Assembly: GCA_012103475.1 (NCBI GenBank)
Contig: WLWS01000006.1
Coordinates: 136,518-200,517 of the forward strand
Direction: 5' to 3'
Length of the DNA: 64,000 bases
DNA from: Gammaproteobacteria bacterium
Lineage (GTDB): Bacteria; Pseudomonadota; Gammaproteobacteria; Eutrophobiales; Eutrophobiaceae
Shown: positions 1 through 9,241 of the stretch, one piece after another
How positions within the stretch are numbered: the first letter of the stretch is position 1
Layout: each line of letters begins with the position of its first letter
Translations under genes and position numbers: made by a program
Notes under the pieces: generated by a model
What the model saw: only the letters and a program-made list of their open reading frames with translations
What the model was told of the DNA's origin: nothing
The model's database searches: none

Positions 1-1
1 G

Positions 2-1738
2 TCGTTTATTAAACTGGCGAAAGCCGATAGCGTTAGCGCCGAACGCCTGAATAATCTAAAATCAGAAGAAGAAGCGGGAAACTGGTTGACCAACCATCGC
101 AGTTACGACTCCCACCGCTTCTCTCCACTCAAAGAAATTAATCGCGAAACAGTCTCCGGGTTAAAACTTGCCTATGCAGTCGCACTGGGAGGACGCGGAG
201 GTACCGGCATTGCCAGCGTCACCATGCAGGCAACCCCACTTGCTGACAAGGGATACCTGTACGTCACAGATGGCTGGGGAACGATTTATAAAATTGATGC
301 CACTTCCGGCAAACGCGGAGTCATCGAGTGGAAGGCTGATCTCGAAGTCGATCGCGAACATGAACGTATTCCTTCAAACCGGGGCGCAGCGCTCTGGCAA
401 AATCTTGTTTTTACCAACACCGTCGATGGACGAGTCGCGGCGGTCGATACACAAAGTGGTGAGATTGTCTGGGAAAAACAAATAGCGACAGGACGCGGTG
501 AAGGTTTTTCTGGCGCACCGATAATAGTCGATGACAAGCTTATCGTAGGTCAATCCATGGGTGATTGGCTAACGCGCGGCTTCGTTGCCGCACTCGATCC
601 CGCCACTGGTGAAGAACTCTGGCGCTTTGACGTGGTACCTGAACCGGGACAGCCGGGTAGCCGGAGCTGGCGCTGTGAAAAAGCCGGCAATCCTGATTGC
701 TGGCGAACCGGCGGCGGTGGCGTGTGGGCGACAGGAGCCTATGATAAAGAAAACGGTCTGTACATAGTGGGGACCGGCAACCCCGCTCCGGCTTTTGATC
801 CCGAAGCCAGACCTGGTGATAACCTGTATACCAATAGTGTCATCGCCCTCGATATCAATACCGGCAAACTGGCCTGGCATTTTCAGTACACACCGAACGA
901 CTATATGGAGTTTGACGAGGCCGGCACCCACTTGCTTGTCGATCGCATGGTGAAAGGCAAAAAGAAAAAGACTGTTGCTCACTATGGCCGTAACGGTTTT
1001 TTCTATCGACTGGATGAGAAGAGTGGTCAGTTTATTGATGCCGTGCCTTATGTTGAGAAAGTGACCTGGACAGAAGGTATCGATAAGCGAACGGGTAAAC
1101 CGCTTGGCTATCAGGAAAATAGTGATCTACAGGAATACACACCCAACTCAGCTCCGCGTCGCAATACCCCGGGCAAGAATTTTTCTAATTGCCCTCATGC
1201 ACAGGGCGGCGTTAATTTCTGGCCGACTGCCTTTGATGAAAAGACAGGCATTGCGTATGCAACATCACTTGAAGCCTGTTCTATAACCAGCACCAAAGAA
1301 CTACCTCTACTCGATGGTGCGATAGCAAAAGGCGATCGTCAGGCTGGCGATTTGTACATCGCTGGCGGCTATGTGGCAGATGGTGTTGCGCGAGGTTCTC
1401 TTCTCGCAGTTAATGTTGAGAGTGGTGATATTGTTAACAAAATTATGTTCGAATATCCGAATTACTCTGGCGTTCTGCTTACTGCGGGCAAGTTGGTATT
1501 TACCGGGCATATGGATGGTGGGTTTTCCGCCTATGATGCCGACACACTTGCAGAACTGTGGACAATTAATCTCGGTACTGAGTTTCAGGCGCCTGCCATG
1601 ACCTTTTCAGTTAATGGAAAACAATACATTGGGATTCTCGGAGGAGGGGGTGGCATTAATCCTCTGATTAACAGTTTCGGTCGCAGAGATTTGGAAACGA
1701 TGGAGCCGTCTTCCATGCTGTTTGTATTCGCACTATAG
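2..1738 (+). CDS. PQQ-dependent dehydrogenase (quinoprotein alcohol-dehydrogenase family), 5' end outside window
   Basis: Frame is open from nt 2 (SFIKLAKADSVSAERLNNLKSEEEAGNWLTNHRSYDSHRFSPLKEIN, a typical PQQ-ADH N-terminal region), so the TTG at 86 in the ORF track is an artefact. Propeller repeats are present: VAAVDTQSGEIVWE, FVAALDPATGEELWRF, VIALDINTGKLAWHF, FSAYDADTLAELW. Confidence 0.85.
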   Translation, partial: SFIKLAKADSVSAERLNNLKSEEEAGNWLTNHRSYDSHRFSPLKEINRETVSGLKLAYAVALGGRGGTGIASVTMQATPLADKGYLYVTDGWGTIYKIDATSGKRGVIEWKADLEVDREHERIPSNRGAALWQNLVFTNTVDGRVAAVDTQSGEIVWEKQIATGRGEGFSGAPIIVDDKLIVGQSMGDWLTRGFVAALDPATGEELWRFDVVPEPGQPGSRSWRCEKAGNPDCWRTGGGGVWATGAYDKENGLYIVGTGNPAPAFDPEARPGDNLYTNSVIALDINTGKLAWHFQYTPNDYMEFDEAGTHLLVDRMVKGKKKKTVAHYGRNGFFYRLDEKSGQFIDAVPYVEKVTWTEGIDKRTGKPLGYQENSDLQEYTPNSAPRRNTPGKNFSNCPHAQGGVNFWPTAFDEKTGIAYATSLEACSITSTKELPLLDGAIAKGDRQAGDLYIAGGYVADGVARGSLLAVNVESGDIVNKIMFEYPNYSGVLLTAGKLVFTGHMDGGFSAYDADTLAELWTINLGTEFQAPAMTFSVNGKQYIGILGGGGGINPLINSFGRRDLETMEPSSMLFVFAL

Positions 1739-1748
1739 AATTTATTCC

Positions 1749-2264
1749 ATGTACCATCGTGTTGCACTATTTCTGTTTGTTTTTTGCTCAGTGAATTGTA
1801 TATCACCGAATACCTTGGCCGATGAAAAACCCAGTACTGAAACATCAGCGAGCCTGGAAGATATAAACAAGGGTAAGGAGATTTACAAAAAAAGTAATTG
1901 TGCTTTTTGTCATGGCTGGTCAGGTAATGGCAGGGGGCACCCCCGTTCTCCCGGGGTGGCATCAAATTTACGTCTTAGTCAACTTGATCGAGAAGCGATG
2001 AAACACATTATCCGTTGTGGCGTGCCAGGTGGGGCCATGCCCTACCATGATCGCATGGCTTATCGCGACAAGCGCTGTGGTATTGAACCCGGTAGTATTA
2101 AAAAAACTGATTTACCTACAAAGGGTAAAAGTATACAAGCCAGAGAATGGGATGCATTACTGGATTATATTATTGCTCTACGCGCTGACGGAACACCAGA
2201 TTTGGAACAATGCGAAGCATTTTTTAAACCCGGTAGTCTGAACTGTCAATATTTGAAAAAATAA
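1749..2264 (+). CDS. mono-haem c-type cytochrome, probable electron acceptor for the adjacent quinoprotein
   Basis: Single CxxCH motif (CAFCHGW). Signal-like N-terminus MYHRVALFLFVFCSVNCISPNTLA. An alternative ATG at 1722 overlaps the upstream gene. Confidence 0.8.
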   Translation: MYHRVALFLFVFCSVNCISPNTLADEKPSTETSASLEDINKGKEIYKKSNCAFCHGWSGNGRGHPRSPGVASNLRLSQLDREAMKHIIRCGVPGGAMPYHDRMAYRDKRCGIEPGSIKKTDLPTKGKSIQAREWDALLDYIIALRADGTPDLEQCEAFFKPGSLNCQYLKK

Positions 2265-2297
2265 ACAATATATGTATCCAAACCAGAGGGTAGATAA

Positions 2298-4028
2298 ATG
2301 AGCCACGAAAAAAGTGGATTAACACGTCGCCAAATCATTCAGGGGACAGGTGCCGTTGTTGCGGGTAGTGCCGTTGGTTTGTCAACATCATGTGCTGCAG
2401 AACATTGGGATAAAACAACTGATGTACTGGTAGTCGGCTCTGGTATCGGTGGAGCGACTGCAGCCTTTACCGCCCATAACAATGGTGACAAAACACTTAT
2501 CCTGGAAAAGGCTGGCAACTATGGTGGAACCACTGCCCGGTCTGCAGGAGTTATCTGGGCACCAAATAATTTCTTGTTACGTGAACGTGGCATTAATGAT
2601 GACAAAGAATCCTGTCTTAAGTATATGGCACGTTTTTCCTGGCCACAACGCTATAACCCCGATGATAAAACACTTGGTTTAAGTCAGTATGATTATGAAA
2701 TGCTGGAAGCGTTTTATGACAATAACTCGAAAGTTGTCGATTTAATGCATGAATCCGGAACACTCAAATTAAAAGAATGGCGAGGATTTGTAGGTGTGCA
2801 TGACGCGCCTCCCGATTACCTGGATCATGCTGATGAGAACCGTGTACCGTCTGGTCGCGCCATTGGAGTGAGCATTGGTGAAAATAGTACAGGTCTGGGT
2901 GCGCATTTAATGGAACAGATGAAAGCCGCCCTTGATAAAATTGGGGTTCCGCTAAGATTAGAGCATGAAGTTACATCCGTCATTGTAGATGAGAATAATC
3001 GCGCAATCGGTGTCGTTGTAAAGCATAAAGGCAATGAAATAAGGGTTAAAGCGAACAAAGGCGTTATTTTTACCACCGGTGGTTATGCTCATAACACGGA
3101 GTTTATTGCTAACTACCAACGTAGCAATCTTTATGGCGCTTGTGCCAGCCCACATGCAATGGGTGATTTTATTCGCATAGCGGGAGCTGCTGGTGCACGA
3201 ATGGGAAACCTGAGCGGTGCATGGCGTGCGCAAGTTGTACTTGAGCAATCACTTGCGAATCGCGTCATACCGGCTGGTGTATTTATCGTGCCCGGTGACT
3301 CTATGATACAGGTCAATCGATATGGGAAACGCGTTGTGAACGAAAAGCGAAATTACAATGACCGCTCCGAAATACACAGTCAATACAATCCGAGTGATGC
3401 TGAGTTTCCAAACCACTTGTTGTTTTTCATTTATGATCAGCGTACTGCTGAAGCTTTTGCTGGTGCTCATCCTGTTCCGAAAAAACCTGGTGACAGTGAA
3501 TATGTGTTACAGGGCGATACTTTAGATGGGCTCACCAATGCGATTCAGAATAGATTACAAAAACATGCAGCCAGTATTGGCGGGTTTACGCTGGATAATT
3601 CATTCACGTCCAACTTAAAAGAAACAATAAATCGATACAACGAATTTGCTAATAATGGCAAGGACCTCGATTTCCAGCGTGGTGACAGTGCGTATGACCG
3701 TGCATGGTCGAAGATATTTGCCCCATTTAATAAGGAAAGCGGTTGGCCTGAAAACGATAAGCCAAATGACAGTATGTATCCATTCAGGGAAAAGGGACCT
3801 TACTTTGCGACTATTCTTGCACCAGGTTGCCTGGACACCAATGGAGGGCCATTGATTAACGCCAATGCACAAGTGCTGGACAGTCATGATAAACCAATGA
3901 AGGGCCTGTACGGTGCAGGCAATTGTATTGCTAGTCCCTCAGGCGAAGCCTACTACGGTGCTGGTCATACAATTGGACTGGCGATGACATTCGCTTATAT
4001 AGCAGCTAATCATGCGCATAACGGATAA
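2298..4028 (+). CDS. Tat-exported FAD-dependent oxidoreductase (FAD_binding_2; fumarate-reductase / 3-ketosteroid-dehydrogenase-like)
   Basis: Twin-arginine motif LTRRQIIQGTGAVVAG. Dinucleotide fold VLVVGSGIGGATAA. C-terminal GLYGAGNC motif. Shine-Dalgarno-like GAGGG upstream. Confidence 0.8.
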   Translation: MSHEKSGLTRRQIIQGTGAVVAGSAVGLSTSCAAEHWDKTTDVLVVGSGIGGATAAFTAHNNGDKTLILEKAGNYGGTTARSAGVIWAPNNFLLRERGINDDKESCLKYMARFSWPQRYNPDDKTLGLSQYDYEMLEAFYDNNSKVVDLMHESGTLKLKEWRGFVGVHDAPPDYLDHADENRVPSGRAIGVSIGENSTGLGAHLMEQMKAALDKIGVPLRLEHEVTSVIVDENNRAIGVVVKHKGNEIRVKANKGVIFTTGGYAHNTEFIANYQRSNLYGACASPHAMGDFIRIAGAAGARMGNLSGAWRAQVVLEQSLANRVIPAGVFIVPGDSMIQVNRYGKRVVNEKRNYNDRSEIHSQYNPSDAEFPNHLLFFIYDQRTAEAFAGAHPVPKKPGDSEYVLQGDTLDGLTNAIQNRLQKHAASIGGFTLDNSFTSNLKETINRYNEFANNGKDLDFQRGDSAYDRAWSKIFAPFNKESGWPENDKPNDSMYPFREKGPYFATILAPGCLDTNGGPLINANAQVLDSHDKPMKGLYGAGNCIASPSGEAYYGAGHTIGLAMTFAYIAANHAHNG

Positions 4029-4059
4029 CACGGTTAATTGTTATGCCGAGGAAATATTT

Positions 4060-4548
4060 ATGAGTAGTGAAAACGTTCAATCACAGATTGAAGTCTTGCT
4101 CAAACGGGTCGATGAGTTAGAAAGCCGGGCGAAATTGCGTGATCTCGTCAGTGATTATTGTCTTGGTTTTGACAATCATGACTGGGATACTTTTATTTCA
4201 ATCTGGCACGATGATGCGGTGTGGGAAATCGGCCCACCTTTCGGTACCTTCACCGGACATGAAGAAATTAAAAACGCTGTGTATGAAATTCTTTACCCTT
4301 TCTGGCGAGAAACACACCATCTCACCACCAATTTACGCATAGAGTTCAGCGACAGTGACCATGCAAGTGGTATTTGTAATGTCGATTGTATGGGTGCAAG
4401 TAATGAAGGTGGGGTGGTCCAGATGGTGAACGCCACCTACATTGATGAGTACACACGTAGGGTCGGGGTATGGAAGATCGCCAGACGAAAAGTGGATTTA
4501 CATTACTTCAACCCGATTCCCGGAGTTGAAATGAGCCCTCCTGCCTAG
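4060..4548 (+). CDS. NTF2-like / SnoaL_4 family protein
   Basis: About 160 aa with a coiled N-terminal helix followed by a cone-fold-like sequence (DYCLGFDNHDWDTFISIWHDDAVWE ... WKIARRKV). Start chosen at ATG 4060 rather than the track start at 4012. Confidence 0.6.
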   Translation: MSSENVQSQIEVLLKRVDELESRAKLRDLVSDYCLGFDNHDWDTFISIWHDDAVWEIGPPFGTFTGHEEIKNAVYEILYPFWRETHHLTTNLRIEFSDSDHASGICNVDCMGASNEGGVVQMVNATYIDEYTRRVGVWKIARRKVDLHYFNPIPGVEMSPPA

Positions 4549-4992
4549 TTAGTTAAGCGCCTCTGACAGGTGGACGCTAAGGTCACCGATTAAATCCGCG
4601 GATATCTGGCGTTCCTTAAAGCGCCATTCATTATCCACTTTTTCAAACTGGTCATGATAGTGGCCGGCAAATATTGGCTGCATGGGAAAGTCAGGAGGTA
4701 CCGCTTGCAAGACAGTTGTATAGGATTGCGCGCTCGCTTGTTGCTGATTATCTGCAATATCGATTTGAACATTTGTACTCACATGTTTTGTAAGTGGCTT
4801 GCCATCGTAAAGTATTACCCGGTTCAGGTAGGCTCGTACTTCATCTCTACCATTCATGGCGCCATCTGGATCACCCATAATTGCAAATTTAGCATGTGAA
4901 AATAAATCAGCAAATCCATCCAGATCTCCCTGATCAACGCGATAGCAATATTCGTTCATTAACCGCAAAATGGCATGGTAGTCGTTGTTCAT
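4549..4992 (-). CDS. NTF2-like / SnoaL_4 family protein (ring-hydroxylating dioxygenase beta-subunit-like fold)
   Basis: YCYRVDQGDLDGFADLF ... WRFKERQI pattern typical of SnoaL_4/NTF2 proteins; 147 aa. Confidence 0.6.
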   Translation of the reverse strand: MNNDYHAILRLMNEYCYRVDQGDLDGFADLFSHAKFAIMGDPDGAMNGRDEVRAYLNRVILYDGKPLTKHVSTNVQIDIADNQQQASAQSYTTVLQAVPPDFPMQPIFAGHYHDQFEKVDNEWRFKERQISADLIGDLSVHLSEALN

Positions 4993-5108
4993 ATTGCTTC
5001 CTCTGGATGTGAATTTCGTGCCTGTTTAATTGCCTTACAGGCTTGCTGTATTATGCCTCAAAGCAGCATGATAAACATAAAATTAGGCCACAATGAGAGT
5101 TGTAAGAA

Positions 5109-6098
5109 ATGACTGATAAAAGCGAATGGCTGGCAAAAACGGTCGAACAGGTCATTGAACCTGAATTGGAAATTTGTGATCCACATCATCATGTCTGGGA
5201 GTATCCGGGTAGTCGCTATTTACTCGAAGAGTTCCTGCAGGATTTCGATAGCGGCCATAACATTGTTAGCACAGTCTTCGTCGAGTGTTTACAGAAATAC
5301 CGAGAGAAGGGGCCAGAGACCTTAAAACCGGTTGGGGAAACAGAATTTGTTGCAACGCTCAGCGAAGGAAACAGCTCTTCCATTCACATTGCTAAAGGCA
5401 TTGTCGCTTTCGCTGACCTGCGTCTCGGCGAGGCGGTAAATTCAGTCATCGATGCCCATCGTCAGGCCAGTAAACGGGTGTGTGGTTTTCGCTATTCAAC
5501 CGCCAGAGATGATGATGATCGTGTACATAATTCGCACACCAATCCAGCCCCTGAATTACTCGCAGATAATAAATTCAGAAAGGGCCTGAGTCAGGTCGAC
5601 AAGGCAGGACTGGTGTTTGATTCCTGGGTGTTTTTTCATCAGCTACCGGAGCTGATCGCCCTGGCTCGTGCTTTCCCCCAATTACAGATTGTGCTGAATC
5701 ATGTTGGCGGACCTTTGGGTATCGGTCCCTACAAAGATAAACGGGAGGAGGTATTTGAACTCTGGCGCGAACATATAAAAGCGCTGTCAGCCTGTGATAA
5801 TGTCGCAGTAAAACTGGGTGGTATGACCCTGTCTATGATGGGCTTTGGCTGGCACAAGCGTGATGTGCCACCCGGGTCGAACGAACTGGCGGAGGCAATG
5901 GCTCCCTACTATCAAACATGTATAGAGTATTTCACACCGCAACGCTGTATGTTTGATAGTAATTTTCCCGTTGATAAAGCATCCAGTTCTTATACGGTTC
6001 TCTGGAATGCATTTAAGAAAATATCTAAAGACTATTCGATGGATGAAAGACGAAATCTCTTTCATGATAATGCCATACGAATTTATCAACTAGATTAA
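5109..6098 (+). CDS. amidohydrolase-2 family metal-dependent hydrolase (TIM barrel)
   Basis: N-terminal ICDPHHHVW (HxH metal motif), LNHVGGP, and C-terminal FDSNFPVD motif. Confidence 0.75.
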   Translation: MTDKSEWLAKTVEQVIEPELEICDPHHHVWEYPGSRYLLEEFLQDFDSGHNIVSTVFVECLQKYREKGPETLKPVGETEFVATLSEGNSSSIHIAKGIVAFADLRLGEAVNSVIDAHRQASKRVCGFRYSTARDDDDRVHNSHTNPAPELLADNKFRKGLSQVDKAGLVFDSWVFFHQLPELIALARAFPQLQIVLNHVGGPLGIGPYKDKREEVFELWREHIKALSACDNVAVKLGGMTLSMMGFGWHKRDVPPGSNELAEAMAPYYQTCIEYFTPQRCMFDSNFPVDKASSSYTVLWNAFKKISKDYSMDERRNLFHDNAIRIYQLD

Positions 6099-6100
6099 CG

Positions 6101-6508
6101 ATGACCTCAGATAAGACAACTATTGTTAAAGCCTTTCTTGCAGCGGCAGTTGAGGCCGACTGGGAAAAATTGCAACAGTATCGCCACCCTGATTTTCAGG
6201 TAACAGAGTCCGAAGCTTTGCCCTATGCAGGAGTTTATAAAGGGGTCGACGGTTTCAGGAAACTGGTAAAGTTGATTTTTATTGAGTTGTTCGATGACTT
6301 TAAGGTGGAGCCTGAATGTTTTGCTGAAGGTGATAATCATGTGCTGTTGCTCGCGAATATCAGTGGTGTAGGCAAAAATACCGGCATCGGTTTTTCGTCG
6401 CAGGTTGCAGAAATTTATCATTTAGACAATCAGCTGATAAAAGAGATTCAGCCTTTTTACTGGGATACACAGCTTATTACCCGTGCGTTCTGTGGAGGAG
6501 GCTATTGA
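6101..6508 (+). CDS. NTF2-like / ketosteroid-isomerase-like protein
   Basis: 135 aa SnoaL-like pattern; starts 2 nt after the upstream stop. Confidence 0.55.
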   Translation: MTSDKTTIVKAFLAAAVEADWEKLQQYRHPDFQVTESEALPYAGVYKGVDGFRKLVKLIFIELFDDFKVEPECFAEGDNHVLLLANISGVGKNTGIGFSSQVAEIYHLDNQLIKEIQPFYWDTQLITRAFCGGGY

Positions 6509-6655
6509 AGATGCACTGCAGTGGAAGTTGGCAGGTATAGATTATTTTTCACTGGATACATGTCGGCTGGTTTCTCCAACATCGCAAAGCACATCAGGGC
6601 TTTTGAAACATTTAAAGCAGCGGTCGACTAGCGATTCGTGTTTCTGAAAGTTGAT

Positions 6656-7456
6656 TTAGTTGTCTGATTCGGCAGCCGCTTTCATGCTGGCATTTATTTC
6701 CCAGGGCAGGGGGTTTCTACGCAGGGTTAAGCCACCGTTTATTTGTAACACCTGACCGCTCATAAAGCTTTCATCGGAGCCCAGCCATAAAGCAGCATTT
6801 GCAACATCATCAGTTGTACCAATACGACCCATCGGATATTCCTTCAGGAAGGCATCGAGAAGACCGGGCATATTTATTTCGTTTTCGGTCATGGGTGTTG
6901 AGGTAAGACCGGGTGCAATGGCGTTGATTTTTATACCTTTGCTACCGTATTCGTTCGCAAAACAGCGCATTACCGCATCCGCTCCAGCTTTTGAGCCTAT
7001 GTAAGCCGCATGATGATACAGCGTGCAATAGACTGAGGCCGAGGAGGTTAAAATTATAGAGCCAGCACTACCTTTACTCATGTGTTCTGTGAAAACCTGA
7101 AGAAAGAAAAACGTGCCATTGATATGCAGGGCAGTTACTGCGTTCAACTGTTCTTCGCTGGTTTTTTGCAGTTTTTCGAGCAAGCCCCAGCCGGCACAGT
7201 TTATCGCGATGCTGACTTCACCATACTGGTCCTGGGCAAATTGTGCTAATGCTTCTACCTCCTCCTTGCTGGTAATATCACACAGAGTAAAGGCGCCGCC
7301 AATTTCGTCAGCCAGCTCTTTCAGCGCATTTTCCTTACGCCCGCTTATAACCACCTTAGCACCTTCGGCGGCATAACGACGGGCAATGATCTGTCCCATA
7401 TTGTCTTTGGCTGCGGCACCCAGGATAACGGCTGTTTTACCTTTGAGTCGGGACAT
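6656..7456 (-). CDS. short-chain dehydrogenase/reductase (SDR)
   Basis: N-terminal KTAVILGAAAKDNMGQ nucleotide loop; catalytic YIGSKAGAD (YxxxK); C-terminal GQVLQINGG. Confidence 0.8.
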   Translation of the reverse strand: MSRLKGKTAVILGAAAKDNMGQIIARRYAAEGAKVVISGRKENALKELADEIGGAFTLCDITSKEEVEALAQFAQDQYGEVSIAINCAGWGLLEKLQKTSEEQLNAVTALHINGTFFFLQVFTEHMSKGSAGSIILTSSASVYCTLYHHAAYIGSKAGADAVMRCFANEYGSKGIKINAIAPGLTSTPMTENEINMPGLLDAFLKEYPMGRIGTTDDVANAALWLGSDESFMSGQVLQINGGLTLRRNPLPWEINASMKAAAESDN

Positions 7457-7470
7457 GTAAGTTCTCTCTT

Positions 7471-8637
7471 TTAATCTCTGAATTGACGAAAAAATGTGCG
7501 AACGTCATTAACCAGCAGTTCCGGTTGTTCAGACGGCGCGAAATGCCCGCCTTCAGGCATGTAATGCAGCTGTTTCAAATTATAGTAATTATGCAAAAAC
7601 TTACGCGGCATCAGGCACAGTTCCTCAGGAAAAAGTGCAATTGCTGTGGGAGCTTCTATAGCCGGCATTCTGTCATGCACTGGTGACCACAGGTGATGGG
7701 CGGACTCCCAGTAAAAGCGGGCAGAGGTGACGAAGGAGTTGCTTACCCAGTAAATCATTGCTGTGGTGATCAGATCTTCACGTGAAAACACACTTTCAAC
7801 ATCCCCTCCGCAATCACTCCAGTTGCGTCGTCTTTCTACCAGCCAGGAGAGTAATCCCACCGGGGAATCATGTAAGGCCGAGGCCAGCGTCTGCGGATCG
7901 GTACATTGCACAGAGACGTGACTTGTCGCGTGTGCCATTCTCCCTTGGGTATGGTGGTAGTTGTGTTTTTCGTCATCCTCATATTCATCTTCACCTGGCA
8001 GACCCTTTACGAAGAAGTCGAGAGGAAAAGACAGGCTCAGATGTACACCGATTAACTGATCTGCATACTTGTGGCCCAGTTGCGCACTGATGATTGAACC
8101 CCAGTCACCACCCTGCGCAGCAAACCGTTCGTAACCAAGCACATCGCGCATCAGGGTTGACCATATATCAGCCGTACGCCAGAAATTAATGCCGGTCCTG
8201 TTCAGCGGTGTTGAGAAACCAAAACCGGGCAGGGATGGGACTACCACATCAAATGCATCTTCCGGGTCGCCACCGAAGCTGCCAGGATCACAAAGGGGCT
8301 CGATGACGTTTTTAAAATCCCAGAATGTCCAGGGCCAGCCGTGACTCAGAATAAGTGGAATGGGTGCGGGCCCGTTACCAGCCTGATGAATAAAATGGAT
8401 CGGCATCTCATCAATCTGGGTACGAAAATGTGAAAAATAATTAATTTCCTGTTCAACTTTGCGCCAGTCGTATTCTTCAATCCAGTACTCAACGAGATCT
8501 TTTAAATAGGCAGTAGGTGTACCGTAACGCCAGTCGTCGTTTTCCAGATCGTCTGCATAACGCGCATTTCGTAAACGTGTGAAGAGATCCTCGAGAATAT
8601 GATTCTCGATATCAACGTTAAAAGGTGATTTTTCCAT
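7471..8637 (-). CDS. epoxide hydrolase (N-terminal EHN domain + alpha/beta hydrolase)
   Basis: FNVDIENHILEDLFTRLRNARY, IHFIH, and HGWPWTFWDF (HGWP oxyanion motif) are typical of microsomal-type epoxide hydrolases. Confidence 0.8.
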   Translation of the reverse strand: MEKSPFNVDIENHILEDLFTRLRNARYADDLENDDWRYGTPTAYLKDLVEYWIEEYDWRKVEQEINYFSHFRTQIDEMPIHFIHQAGNGPAPIPLILSHGWPWTFWDFKNVIEPLCDPGSFGGDPEDAFDVVVPSLPGFGFSTPLNRTGINFWRTADIWSTLMRDVLGYERFAAQGGDWGSIISAQLGHKYADQLIGVHLSLSFPLDFFVKGLPGEDEYEDDEKHNYHHTQGRMAHATSHVSVQCTDPQTLASALHDSPVGLLSWLVERRRNWSDCGGDVESVFSREDLITTAMIYWVSNSFVTSARFYWESAHHLWSPVHDRMPAIEAPTAIALFPEELCLMPRKFLHNYYNLKQLHYMPEGGHFAPSEQPELLVNDVRTFFRQFRD

Positions 8638-8670
8638 GAAGCGTATAGGACAGTTCGTGGCTTATCGGTA

Positions 8671-9213
8671 TCAACCGAGACCGGGCATTTCACGCAGTGG
8701 GTTTTTACCATCCCAGTTCTGACAGATATTTTCCAGTTCCCTTAACATGGCGGAAAAATCATCGTGTCGTTCCACCAGTTCCACCATACAACCCAGTGTT
8801 GCTTGCGTATCAATATAAGCAAAGCGTACAAAATCTATCACGCGGCCTGTTATAGCAGATTCGGCACCCTGACTGGCATAGTGTGCCAGATCGGCATCCA
8901 TATCGTCAGTCCACGCTGCCACGTGATGAAAGCGGGTTTCGCCTACGGGGACAGTATCCGAGTAAGGCGTCGGATTATCATCAAGACGTTCAATGAGCTC
9001 AATCTGATTCGGACCGGCATGACTACAGGCAACTTTAATGTTCAGGGAGCCGGGTTGCCCGCGATAGACAAGGTCGGTCAATTTATCATCACCGTACTCC
9101 GTCACGAAAAAGGGGCCGACATTAAAATTCTTAACCCATTGCATAGCAGCTTCTTCAGCGTCAGGTACCACCCAGGCGTTTTGCCAGATAGCTTGATCAG
9201 TGGGTAGTTTCAT
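8671..9213 (-). CDS. VOC (glyoxalase/bleomycin-resistance/dioxygenase fold) family protein
   Basis: NAWVVPDAEEAAMQWVKNFNVGPFF and RFHHVAAW motifs; clear paralogue of 11165-11698. Confidence 0.65.
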   Translation of the reverse strand: MKLPTDQAIWQNAWVVPDAEEAAMQWVKNFNVGPFFVTEYGDDKLTDLVYRGQPGSLNIKVACSHAGPNQIELIERLDDNPTPYSDTVPVGETRFHHVAAWTDDMDADLAHYASQGAESAITGRVIDFVRFAYIDTQATLGCMVELVERHDDFSAMLRELENICQNWDGKNPLREMPGLG

Positions 9214-9241
9214 CCGTACACCTCCTGTAAGAGTTTATAAT

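Noticed and set aside
1722-1748. Upstream ATG (1722) for the cytochrome c gene, overlapping the PQQ dehydrogenase by 17 nt
   Set aside because: The extra residues MYSHYRIYS precede a normal signal peptide that starts at ATG 1749. The downstream start is more plausible, though the upstream one cannot be excluded.
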